Part shown: positions 21,542 through 33,504 of the stretch, in pieces
How positions within the stretch are numbered: position 1 is the stretch's first letter
Layout: each line of letters opens with the position of its first letter
Assembly (NCBI GenBank): GCA_002104945.1
Contig: MCFH01000032.1
Location: 248,001-312,000, forward strand
Source of the DNA: Piromyces finnis finn
Taxonomy: Eukaryota > Fungi > Neocallimastigomycota
DNA: 64,000 nucleotides
Direction: 5' to 3'
The notes under the pieces: model-generated
The model's input: only the letters and a program-made list of their open reading frames with translations
What the model was told of the DNA's origin: nothing
Databases searched by the model: none
Made by a program: the position numbers and the translations under genes

Positions 21542-22964
21542 AATAAATAATAATAAATATTATAATAAATATTAATTAATATGTTAAGTTTTGGGGTTTG
21601 GTTATGCGACCAGGTCAGAATGTTTTAATTATATAGTAAAAATGTTTTTTAAGAAATTAAATTTAATTATAAAATAACACCTTAAACTCCCAAATGAAAA
21701 ATGAAAAATTTATATTTACTTTAAAATAACTTTTTATAAATTTTTTATTTATTTAATACTAATAATATAAATGATATTATAAGTAACTATATAATTAAGA
21801 TTATAACTATAATCTTTACAAAGAATTAAAATCGAATTCAATTCATTCTATTTTATATTCTTTGTTCAGATTATTAAATTGATAAAAATAAAGTATTACA
21901 TGTAATATATTAATAACATAATAAGTTTGTTTGTTTGTTTGTTTTGTCATGACATAAAAATAAAATAAACATATGATTAATCATTTAAACACTTGATCCA
22001 TTAACCTATTTATAATAATTAGGATTATTTAATTTATAAATGTTAACTGTTACACCTAAATGGTTTAGTTCTATTTTTAGTAACAGTCACTATCATTAAT
22101 TAATTTAATATAATTAAAATTTCTATTGATATCTTTTTAATTTTCATCAAGTCATAAGAAATGTCTATGATCCATACTTGATATCATATTAATTTTAATT
22201 TACCTATTAAAATCTTTAAATGACCATATCTTCCTTATGTAAAGATATAAAGTATATCTTTAAATTATTTAATAATTAATTAATAATTATTGAATAATAA
22301 TTTTGATATTTTAATGAAAAAATTGTTTATAAAATTTATTGTATAAATTTTATGGAATAATTAAATAAATATTAATTTTAAAATATCAAAGTTAGAAATG
22401 AAATTTGGATAAATATTTAAATTAATGGATAATTAAATTTAAATATTTTAAATATTCAAATTAAATCTTAAAAAGTTTTTATTTAATTAAAATTAGTTTA
22501 ATAACTTTAGCGTAGTTTTAAATTAGTATTTTTAATTATAAATATATAATAAATAGTATTATTAATATTTAATTAATATATAGGTAATACATGGACTGTA
22601 TTCAATTTGCAGTTTACTCAAATTGAATCAAAAGTGTATTTAATTAGTTTTAGTTTAGTTTTATTATTTTATTATTTAATTAAATTAGTATTAAATTAGT
22701 TTTGTTTATTTTATATTGAATATATGTATAATTAAATAGAATAGTATATTAAAATATAATTTACAAAAAATATAAATACATGTAAAATTTCTTGATTAAA
22801 ACGATGTAATTGTTATTGACTATTATTTAGTTAATAACTAAATAAAATTAATAAAAGAGATATTTTTTTAAATATAATTTATTTTCTTGTTTTTTCTTTA
22901 TTTTGTGTTGTTGTTTTATTGTAAAAAATTTTATAATCTGTTTTACATTTATAAAACTTTTACA

Positions 22965-22975
22965 ATAACAATTAC
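22965..22975 (+). promoter_or_regulatory. Self-priming PBS (Tf1 type) of Gypsy-1
   Basis: ATAACAATTAC is the exact reverse complement of GTAATTGTTAT at 22806-22816 in the LTR, which lies 35 nt after TATAAATA (22771). Confidence 0.82.
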
Positions 22976-23042
22976 CTTTGTTCTAATAAAACACGTTATA
23001 AATTTTTTTTTAATAAAACATATTTAATAAAAATTTTTTTTA

Positions 23043-23175
23043 CTACCGCGTTTTAGGGACTCTCTACCTTACTTTGAAATTTGCTACCGCGTAATAAAGG
23101 ATTATCTACCGCGTTTTAGTATTGCTACCGTGTCATTTAGAACGACTACTTTGCTTTAGAGATATCTACCGTGTC
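23043..23175 (+). repeat. Degenerate ~21-bp CTACCGYG array in the Gypsy-1 5' leader (7 units)
   Basis: CTAC cores at 23043, 23064, 23084, 23106, 23125, 23146 and 23166. Confidence 0.75.
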
Positions 23176-23410
23176 CATCATTGTACTTGTATATATTGTG
23201 GATCAACTTTATTTAATCTTCCACCAACATCTACTATTGTACTGTATTTAATTTTGTTACTATATTTTTAAGAGCTCGTCTAACACCGTTTGATAGGATA
23301 GAGTTACGACGACATCTTAATTAAAATATTGTAAAAAATTAAATAAGTAAATATTAAACATACTGGAAGAAATAAACCAACTTTTATCTAACCTCCACTT
23401 AAACGGAAAT

Positions 23411-26400
23411 ATGGACCGTCAAGGGGCGTCTTTGAGGATAGTTAATGATCCTCCAACTTTCTCAGGAAGAAGACAAGAACTAGATGGGTTCTTGACCAGG
23501 GTTGAACTAGCCATTGAAGCCAACCCTGATAGATTCGCTAATGATGAAGCGAGAGTTCGCTTCTTAATATCTTACTTTGTTAACAGACCTTTAGAATGGG
23601 CCGCTCGTTTACGACAGAACAACGACGCCATTCTAAGAAACTATGATCAATTTATTGCTGCCCTTCGTACCAATTTCGGGGATCCCAATAATGACACAAT
23701 TGTTGCAAATGGAAGACTTTGCAACATAAAACAAAGAAAGTTTGGCAAAGTGTTTGAATATATTAATGAATTTCAACGCGTTAGCCAAAACTCTAATTTC
23801 AATGAAGCAGCGAAGATATATATGTTCACAAAGGGCTTACATCCAAAAATGCGTGAACATTTAGCAATAGTCAACCCAAATCCTACTCAGCTAGAGCGTC
23901 TCTACTCTGATGTCCTTAGCATAGAAAATCTTACTAAGAGAAATGACATCAGCGAATATTATATGACGCACCAAGATAGAAGAAATTATAATCGTGACGA
24001 TCCAATGGATGTTGACCTATATAGGATTAGCAAGGGTCAACGAAACGTAAATTACTTCCCATCTCACAGAAGTAATTACGTTGAACCTTCTACTACTAGA
24101 TCGGATTTAAAGAAAAAAGGGGTTTATTTTTCTTGTGGGAAGTCTGGACACATGCAGTTCAATTGTCCAAACAGGAAAAAGCCTAAGAGTGTTAAGATTA
24201 TTAAAAGGACTATCTCCGAAGAAGCCAGTTCTTCAACCCCTTCAGTCAAAAGAATTAGACCAACCAAAGATGTTACTGAGAATGATTCAAACTTATATAA
24301 AATACACAAAAGTGAAAAGAAGAACATCATCGATTTTTATATAAAAACAAACGATATGGAAGAAGTGAAAGTCAAAGTCCTTATTGATTCCGGCTCTGAT
24401 TTAAATTTTATTCATCCTGAATTTGCGAGAATTAATAACATTAAGCTTTACAATATCAGGAATCCATTTAAGGTTTCTGGTCTTGGTCAAGGTAATTCCA
24501 CTGTTAGAAAAGAATCCGAAAAGTGTATTCTCCGTTTAAGGAACCATTACGAAGTAATTCAACTGTACTCGTTAAGGATTCCCGAAGTCGATGTTATTCT
24601 TGGAGTACCTTGGATTGAGAAACATTGTCCAGTTTATTATCATGATTCCTCAAAAATTGCCTTTAGCTCCGGATACTGTGCTCGACACTGTAATGTAGGC
24701 AAAAGGAGAAATAAGGGTACAACCAATATGGATAAGAAATCGATGCCATCATCAAGAAAAGGGAAAGAAGCTGCCTTGGATAACGAAAATGAACAATCCT
24801 CTTGCATTGACCGTGGTTTTTCCGACTATGACGAATCCTTTTGTTGTGACTCTAGTGATGACGAAGAAACTGTTAATATCAGGGGCCGTAGAACCTCCGT
24901 TAAAACCATTAGTAACTTAGATAGTTGTAATAAAATTAAATTTAGTAATAGTTTAAATAGCAATAATAATAATAATAATAATAATTGTAATTTTAAATGT
25001 ACATGTAATAATATTAATTGTATTGATGATAATTTAAATAAAGATAATAATTCGGTCACTGGACCAAAACAATACTCATTTTCAAAAGAAGTGATTAATA
25101 ATAACAATTTTTGTGTATTAAATTCCGTTAGTAACTGTAATGATTTATCTTGTAATATTATTAATAAATGTAAAACTGAAAATAATAATTTAAATAAAGA
25201 TAAAAAGTCTGTTGAAATCCCAAATCAATATTTATTATTTAAAGAGGTTTTTAATGAAAAGAATTGTAATATTTTACCTCCACATCGTGAATACGATTGT
25301 GAAATCAGATTAAAGGATAATTCTAACTTGTTTTATGGTCCTCTTTATCCTTTAACAGAGGCAGAGAGAGATGAATTAAAAAATTATATTAATGAAAATT
25401 TAGAAAAAGGTTTCATTAGGAAATCTACATCTCCTGCCGGAGCACCAGTTTTATTTGTCAAAAAGAAAGATGGGTCATTAAGACTATGCGTTGATTATAG
25501 GAAACTTAATGATATGACCATTAGAAATTCATATCCTCTTCCATTAATTGGTGACTTATTGGATAGAGTGAAGGGTGCAAAGTACTTTACTAAATTGGAC
25601 TTAAAGTCTGCTTATAATTTAGTAAGAATCAAAGAGGGTGATGAATACAAAACTGCCTTTAGAACAAGATATGGGCATTTTGAATATCTCGTCATGCCTT
25701 TTGGTTTAAAGAATGCACCAGCTACTTTCCAACATTTCATAAATGATGTCCTTAGTGATTATTTGGATGATTTTGCTATATCATATATTGATGATATTCT
25801 AATATACTCAAATAGTCTAGAAGAGCATCATGAACATGTTAAAAAAGTATTGGAAAAATTATTAGAAAATAATTTATATGTAAAGTTAGAGAAGTGTGAG
25901 TTTGATGTTTCAGAAACCACTTTTCTTGGTTATGTATTATCCAAAGATGGTCTGAAAATGGATAGAGATAAAGTTAAAGCTATCCTCGACTGGCCTGTTC
26001 CTACAAATGTTAAAGAAGTCCAATCTTTTATTGGATTATGCAATTATTATAGAATTTTTATTAAAGACTTTGCAAAAATCGCAAGTCCTTTACATAAACT
26101 TACTAGGAAAAATGTTCCTTTTAATTGGGCTTCTGAGTGTCAAAACGCATTTGTTACACTTAAGAAGGCTTTTACTTCTGCTCCTATTTTAATGAACCCT
26201 GATAGCAACAAACCTTTTATTGTTGAGACTGACGCTAGTAACTTTGCAGTCGGTGCAATTCTTTCACAAGAGTTTGAAGGGAAGTTGCACCCTATTGCTT
26301 TTATTTCATCTAGCTTAACCAAGTCTCAAAGAAATTATCAAATTTATGATAAAGAGTTGCTCGCTATCAAAGTGGCTCTCGAAGAATGGAGACACTATCT

Positions 26401-28243
26401 GGAAGGTGCAAAGCATCAGTTCGTCATTTATACTGATCATAAGAATTTAACTTTCCCAAGAAAGCCTGAAATGCTCTCACAAAGACAGATAAGATGGTAT
26501 GAATTCTTATCTAGATTTGATTTTAAGTTAATATATAGGGCTGGAAAAAAGTGTGGCAAACCTGATTTGTTATCCAGACGTAGTGATCACATTTGTAATG
26601 ATAGTAATAATAATAGAATTAATAAAAACATTGAATGTAGTAATTTTAGTTGTAATTTTATTTCATGTAATGTAATTAATACTTTTAATAAAGATGATTC
26701 TTTAATCAATTCTATTTTATGTTCTTTAAAAAATGATGATTTATATAATAAAGTTTGTGTATTTTTAAATGAAAAAAATTCTTTGTCCCCTCCGATTAGG
26801 AATATTAATAAAGTTAAAATTGATAAAGAAGGATTTTTACTTTACGATAATTTAATTTATGTTCCTTCTTCATTAAGAACTAGGGTCTTAGAATTACATC
26901 ATGATTCTATTTCTGCTGGTCACTTTGGTGTTAATAAAACTATTGAATTAATTAGTAGAAATTTTTGGTGGCCAAAATTTAGTTATGATGTTAAAAAATT
27001 TATAAAGTCTTGTGAAACTTGTTGTAAAGCTAAAGTTCCAAGACATAAACCATATGGTTTGCTTTCTCCTCTTTCCACGCCTAATAGAGCTTGGTCGGAA
27101 TTGTCAATGGATTTTATTATCGAGCTTCCAAAATCCAAAGACATGACCACCATTATGGTTGTAGTTGATAGGTTAACAAAAATGGCTCATTTTATTCCTT
27201 TAAGATGTCTGCCTACTGCTTCTATAGCAGCTGATGTTTTTGTTAACAATATCTTTAAATTACATGGTTTTCCTAATTCTATCATTTCTGATCGAGGTAC
27301 TCAATTTACTTCAGACTTTTGGAATCGCTTATGTAATTTGTTAAATATTAAACTTGCTTTTTCTACTGCAAACCATCCTGAAACTGATGGTCAAACGGAG
27401 AGGGTGAACGGGATATTGGAACAATATCTCCGTTGTTTTATTAACAAAAAACAGAATAACTAGGTTGATTTGTTACCTTTTGCTGAATTCGCTTATAACA
27501 ATACTTTACAGCAATCAATCAATCAATCTCCGTTTTTCGCTAATTATGGGTTCAATCCAAAATTCAATCCTGAAATTCCTTCAGCGAATAGACCAAATAG
27601 AGCTGAACAAAGAATTTTGGATATTAATGAAAACATTAAATTTTTGAAAGAAAATCTTGATCAAGCAAAAGAAACCTACAAAAAGTATGCTGATCAAAAG
27701 AGAATGGAATCCCCAAATTTCGAAGTTGGTAAAAAAGTTTGGTTATTAAAAGGTATTAATCCTTCAAACAAAAATGTTAAAAGAAAACTTGCTGATCAAA
27801 TGCTCGGACCTTTTGAAATAATCAAGAAGGTAAGTCCTTTAGCATTTGAATTAAAGTTGCCAAATAATTTACGTTGCCACCCTGTTTTTCATATCTCGTT
27901 ATTAGAACCTTATAACGAAAATGAATTTATAAATAGATCAGTAATAAATAAAAGAAAAAATATTAAGTTAACTACTGATACTATTGATAGGATTCCTGAT
28001 AAGATTATTCAAGAAAGAAATTATCATGGAAAGAAATCTTTCTTGATGACATGGAAAAATCTTGACGAAAATACTTGGATCCCGGAAGATCAAATTTCAG
28101 ATGTACAATTGATCCAAGAATTTTATAGGAAAAATAAAAAGTCTAGAAAAGAAAGTCAAGATCAAGTTTATACAAGGAATAACAATGGTATGATCAGACA
28201 TAGATATCAACCATTTGTAATTGATATTCCTTCAAAGAAATAA
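23411..28243 (+). pseudogene. Gypsy gag-PR-RT-RH-IN-chromodomain polyprotein interrupted by an in-frame TAG at 27461-27463
   Basis: PPTFSGRRQELDGF, VLIDSGS, LRLCVDYRKLN, YIDDILIYS, VETDASNFA, LSMDFI, SDRGTQF and ETDGQTER. ORF 27470-28243 is in the same frame (NN*VDLLPFAEFAYNN, where Gypsy-2 has W) and ends in a chromodomain-like segment (FLMTWK...NTWIPE). Confidence 0.93.
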
Positions 28244-29393
28244 TCTCGCAGGAGCTCGACTTAAAGGGCGAGATTGTAAAGATATAAAGTATATCTTTAA
28301 ATTATTTAATAATTAATTAATAATTATTGAATAATAATTTTGATATTTTAATGAAAAAATTGTTTATAAAATTTATTGTATAAATTTTATGGAATAATTA
28401 AATAAATATTAATTTTAAAATATCAAAGTTAGAAATGAAATTTGGATAAATATTTAAATTAATGGATAATTAAATTTAAATATTTTAAATATTCAAATTA
28501 AATCTTAAAAAGTTTTTATTTAATTAAAATTAGTTTAATAACTTTAGCGTAGTTTTAAATTAGTATTTTTAATTATAAATATATAATAAATAGTATTATT
28601 AATATTTAATTAATATATAGGTAATACATGGACTGTATTCAATTTGCAGTTTACTCAAATTGAATCAAAAGTGTATTTAATTAGTTTTAGTTTAGTTTTA
28701 TTATTTTATTATTTAATTAAATTAGTATTAAATTAGTTTTGTTTATTTTATATTGAATATATGTATAATTAAATAGAATAGTATATTAAAATATAATTTA
28801 CAAAAAATATAAATACATGTAAAATTTCTTGATTAAAACGATGTAATTGTTATTGACTATTATTTAGTTAATAACTAAATAAAATTAATAAAAGAGATAT
28901 TTTTTTAAATATAATTTATTTTCTTGTTTTTTCTTTATTTTGTGTTGTTGTTTTATTGTAAAAAATTTTATAATCTGTTTTACATTTATAAAACTTTTAC
29001 ACCTTAAATGGCCAGTTAGAAGGACTGTGATTATACCAAAATGTAGCTTTTCCCTTAAGCTTTCTAATAAACTTAGTTTCACACCCATAGCACTTACAGC
29101 CGTAGCGTTCGTTTTTGGTGAGTTATGCCTTGTTTCATGTTTGTTTATTTTTGGTTAAGGGTTATAGTGTATTGATATTAAATTTTTGAAATCATAACCC
29201 TTTCACTGAATCAAAATCTAAAAGGTGACTTTTAAAGGTATTTTGAAATAATTATTGGGATCATTTAATTCTAATTATTATGTTTAATTAATTATAGATA
29301 TTATCTGAATTTGTTTTAAATCTAGTTAATATCTTCACAATATAATTAGTGTGCTTACCACACTTTTCTTTAATAAAAAATCGCTTTTTGACA

Positions 29394-29525
29394 ATGATAA
29401 ATAATTAAATTTATAAATTATAAATAAATAAAAATCATATTATTAATAACAATAATTTAAACACAGATAAAAATTAAAATATTTAACATGTATAAAATCA
29501 TTAAATTAAAAATTATAAATGTAAA

Positions 29526-29556
<31 letters not shown>

Positions 29557-30000
29557 TAAATTAAATAGTTTATATTTGTTTATAATTATACTTTAAAATA
29601 ATAATTTTGTATAAATAGTAATAGAAAATGTTCTTTTTAAAAGATGTTCCTAATAATCCAGTAAAATTAGATATATTATATTAAATTTAATAAATGGTTA
29701 CTAATAATCCAAGAGAGAAAAATTAGATATTTATTTTAATAAAACAATATTTTTTATATAACTTCTATGATACATACAAGATGTATTAATTCTTAATTAT
29801 TTAATAATAATATGAGAGTTATTAAATAATATTATAATTTTATAATTAAATATAATAAACTTTATATTTTTAAAAATTAACTAATACTTGAAAATGAACA
29901 AGTATAAAAATCATTTATTTTATTTTCTTATTTTCTTTTTTAGATACAAATATTATCACTTTCTATAGTAAAATATAGAATTAAGATAATAATATTTTCT
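29394..30000 (-). repeat. Dispersed repeat R, uninterrupted copy (empty site for the Rep insert)
   Basis: The reverse complement of 29521-29580 has a single AAATAAATAAACAATT running directly into AAATAAACAAAAAGTTTAC. Confidence 0.75.
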
Positions 30001-30014
30001 ATTGTATTAACATA

Positions 30015-30790
30015 TAATAATAATTAGTATTATTAAATTGAGAAGTTAAAATAAATAAAATTTTATACTTATCTTAATAAGAGTTTATTATAAGGAAATA
30101 TAATAAACAACACAAAGCTTTAATGTTATTTAATTTAAAATATTTTATTAATATTGTTTTTTAATAAAGGTTATTTATTATAATAGTTCTTATAATAATA
30201 ACTCTGGATTTTTTAGTGGAATTCCAGAGTTCTTTTATTTATAATTTTTTAATAATTTAAAGTTTAATAAAGAATTTCTAATCTTAATAAATAATCTTTT
30301 TAGGAAAAGACTAGAAGAAAAACCTAAAAAGATATTCGATTGATAACTAATATATCAATCATCGTAATATTAAGTAAAACCGAATAAAATTCGGAAAAAC
30401 CTTAATATCCGATTGTCCTAATATTTATTTATATCTTCTAGTTGTTTCTATAAGTTATTTCAAGATACGATACATACACATAAAATACAAACGTAAAATA
30501 AAATACATAATGTTTCTTATAAAATGTAATACAAAAATTATTAAATAATAAAATAAATGAATTTTTACTATTATTTTAAATAAATTACTAAATTAAATAA
30601 ATAATTAATTAATATAATAATTAAATAAATTTTACATTTAGTAAATGAATAATTAATATTAATATAAATAACTGTTTATAGTAATTTAAATGAATGTATG
30701 CTAATAATTTAAATAATTAATTAATTTAATAATTAGAAAAATAATCAAATAAGAATTAATAATTATTTATTGAATAATTATTAATTCTTA
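30015..30790 (+). repeat. Segment X, directly repeated at 38854-39578 plus 40613-40658
   Basis: Colinear match. The second copy is split by the solo L4 LTR (target ATCAA versus ATTAA). Confidence 0.82.
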
Positions 30791-31179
30791 CATTGTCAAA
30801 AAGCGATTTTTTATTAAAGAAAAGTGTGGTAAGCACACTAGTTATATTAATTAACAAATATAATACGCTTTCCTATTGAAGGCGTAAAGCTAATAATATT
30901 TATATAAAGAAAATTAAATAATATTTTTATTTTAGTAATAACTTAATATCAGCATATATTAAGTTATTAAAAATATTAAAATTTTTAAAGTTTTAGGTTT
31001 TATAGGAGTTTATAAATTTTATTAACTTTAAGTTAAAAAATTACTAACGCTAAAGCTTCGTAATTTTTGTCAATTTTTGTTCTTTTTATACATGAACAAT
31101 TTTAATTATTGTAAATAGTTAATAAATTTAAAATAAAATTTTTAATAATAAAATTTTAATAATTTATAATAAAATAAAT

Positions 31180-31251
31180 AGGGGCGTTCCGGATTTGAAC
31201 CGAAGACCTATTGATCTGCAGTCAATTGCTCTACCGCTGAGCTAACACCCC
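31180..31251 (-). tRNA. tRNA-Cys(GCA)
   Basis: Reverse complement of 2513-2584, identical. Confidence 0.96.
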
Positions 31252-32446
31252 ATTCTATGAATTTTGTAAGAAATATTTGTGGCCATAAGTTTGCCCACAA
31301 ATATTTCAATTGAAACCATGTGAAGATATTAACTGGATTTAAAACAAATTCAGATAATATCTATAATTAATTAAACATAATAATTATAATTAAATAATTT
31401 CAATAATTATTTTAAAACACTTTTAAAAGTCACCTTTTAAATTTTGATTCAGTGAAAGGGTTATGATTTCAAAAATTTAATATCAATACACTATAACCCT
31501 TAACCAAAAATAAGCAAGTACGAAATAAGGTGTAACTCGCCAAAAACGATCGCTACGGCTGTAAGTAGTAGGCTGTGAAACCAGGTTTATTGGAAAGCTT
31601 AGGAAGAAAGCTACAATTTGGTACAATCGCGGTCCTTCTAACTGATCATTTAAGGAAGTTATGATCATTTAAAGATTTTATTAGGTAAATTAAAATCAAT
31701 ATGATATCAAGTATGGATCATAAATATTTCTTATGACTTGATGAAATTAAAATTATATCAATAGGAATTTTAGTTATATTAATTTAATTAATGATAACGA
31801 TTGTTACTAAAAATAGAACTAGACCCATTTAGGTGTAACAGTTAACACCTATAAATTAAATAATCTTAATTATTATAAAATAGGTTAACGGCAAGTTTTA
31901 TTAGAAATAATTTTGAAAATAATAATTATTTAATTATAACAAATATGTTATGGTAATATCAATTAATAATGATGAATTATTAATTGAATAGTTTTTATAA
32001 TTACTAATTAGGATCAACTGTTTAAATGATTAATCATATGTTTATTTTATTTTATGTCATGACAAACAAACAAACAAACAATCTTATTACTTATTTAATT
32101 ATATTACTAATATATTACATGTAATACTTTATTCTTATTAATATCAATTTAATAATCTGAACAAAGAATATAAAAGAGAATGAATTGAATTCGATTTTAA
32201 TTCTTTGTAAAGATTATAGTTATAATCTTAATTATATAGTTACTTATAATATCATTTATATTATTATTATTAGATAAATAAAAAAGTTTATAAAAAGTTA
32301 TTTTAAAGTAAATATAAATTTTTCATTTTTCATTTGGGAGTTTAAGGTGTTATTTTATAATTAAATTTAATTTCTTAAAAAACATTTTTACTATATAATT
32401 AATAACATTCTGACCTGGCCGCATAACCAAACCCAAAAACTTAACA

Positions 32447-32457
32447 ATAATCTTTAC
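32447..32457 (+). promoter_or_regulatory. Self-priming PBS (Tf1 type) of Gypsy-2
   Basis: ATAATCTTTAC is the exact reverse complement of GTAAAGATTAT at 32207-32217, which lies 38 nt after TATAAAAG (32169). Confidence 0.82.
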
Positions 32458-32481
32458 CCGCTGTTTAATGGCTACTTTAGA

Positions 32482-33504
32482 ATGTTCACTCCGGTTCCTA
32501 ATTTCCCAGACGAGGTAAACCAACTAAGAGAGGATGCTACTCAGACTGCCAAGGATATCATTGAGGGTATCAATGAAAATTTGGTTTTCCGTGAAGATTT
32601 TCAAAATTTTTCCAATGATGTGAATAATCGTTTAAATGAAATCATGAGTGTATTAACCAATATGAATAATAATCAAACTGCTCAGAATGAAGATGAACAA
32701 CCATTGTTACATACCAATTATGATAGGATAGCTACTCCAAGACCTACTGTCTTTAGAGATGATGAATCTACTTCAACAAGATTTGATTTGGATCATGATG
32801 TTATCATGAGAGGCCGTTTTGCTACTCCAATCACTCAAGTGCCAGATCCAGGTATGTTCTCCGGTAAGACTAGTGATACCGATTTGTTTTGTCAATTATG
32901 TGAAGATACTTTCAAAACTCTACCAAATCGAACTTTACCAGAAGAAACAAAAATTAATTTTGTACAATCCCGTCTTCGTGATGCTGCTAGAAATTGGTAT
33001 CTTGCCAAGTACAAGGATAATATTTATCCATCTACCATGCAAGAATTGTTGGATGGACTAAGAATTGCTTTCTCAAATGTTGCTAGTTACAAGATAGCTA
33101 AAATCAAAATAATGCCTTTAAAACAACAATATGGTAAAATAAATGATTATATCGAGGAATTCCGCTCTCTTTCACAACAATTTAAATGGAATGAAGAAGC
33201 ATTATCTTTAATCTTTTATAATGGTTTACATCCCAAATATCAGGAAGAAATTGAAAAGATGGAGGTATTTCCAACCACCATGGAGTCCATTATAACTAGA
33301 TGTATTTTGATCGAAAGTTCTCTTTCTACAAAGAATAAGATTAACCAGTCTTCCAACTCTAAATCTAACAAGAAAAGAAATTCACATTTCAACCACCACA
33401 GATCATACAACAACAACAACAATAACAACAATAACTTCCAAAAATATAATAATAATTACAATAACAACAATTATAAAGCTCAAAAAATTAGTTCAAAAAA
33501 CTAA
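32482..33504 (+). CDS. Gypsy gag (340 aa)
   Basis: PDPGMFSGK, KINFVQSRLRDAARNWY, KQQYGKINDYIEEF and FYNGLHP (retrotransposon gag pattern). No zinc knuckle. Confidence 0.88.
   Translation: MFTPVPNFPDEVNQLREDATQTAKDIIEGINENLVFREDFQNFSNDVNNRLNEIMSVLTNMNNNQTAQNEDEQPLLHTNYDRIATPRPTVFRDDESTSTRFDLDHDVIMRGRFATPITQVPDPGMFSGKTSDTDLFCQLCEDTFKTLPNRTLPEETKINFVQSRLRDAARNWYLAKYKDNIYPSTMQELLDGLRIAFSNVASYKIAKIKIMPLKQQYGKINDYIEEFRSLSQQFKWNEEALSLIFYNGLHPKYQEEIEKMEVFPTTMESIITRCILIESSLSTKNKINQSSNSKSNKKRNSHFNHHRSYNNNNNNNNNFQKYNNNYNNNNYKAQKISSKN

Larger units (their letters stand above)
22238..29001 (+). mobile_element. Ty3/gypsy chromovirus (Gypsy-1), full length with one nonsense codon
   Basis: 727-bp LTRs at 22238-22964 and 28275-29001, TG...CA, with no differences seen by eye. 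Exact TSD CCTTA at 22233-22237 and 29002-29006. PPT-like AAAGGGCGAGAT before the 3' LTR. Confidence 0.96.
21582..29339 (-). mobile_element. Older Gypsy-2-family LTR split by Gypsy-1 (21582-22237 plus 29007-29339)
   Basis: Both LTR termini are present and the halves rejoin across the CCTTA duplication. The outer flanks TAATA and ATATA are not an exact TSD. Confidence 0.8.

Noticed and set aside
27461-27463. Programmed stop-codon readthrough in Gypsy-1
   Set aside because: The TAG replaces a conserved Trp inside the integrase, so a point mutation is the simpler explanation.
30792-30842. GTGTG-GTAAG-CACAC hairpin plus CTAG resembling a Helitron 3' end (also near 21062, 29347, 49372 and 60481)
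   Set aside because: Sequence beyond the CTAG is shared among most copies, and the clearer boundary is at the other, TGTCA side. It looks like the internal part of an LTR-like repeat, so Helitron capture of the Rep is not supported.
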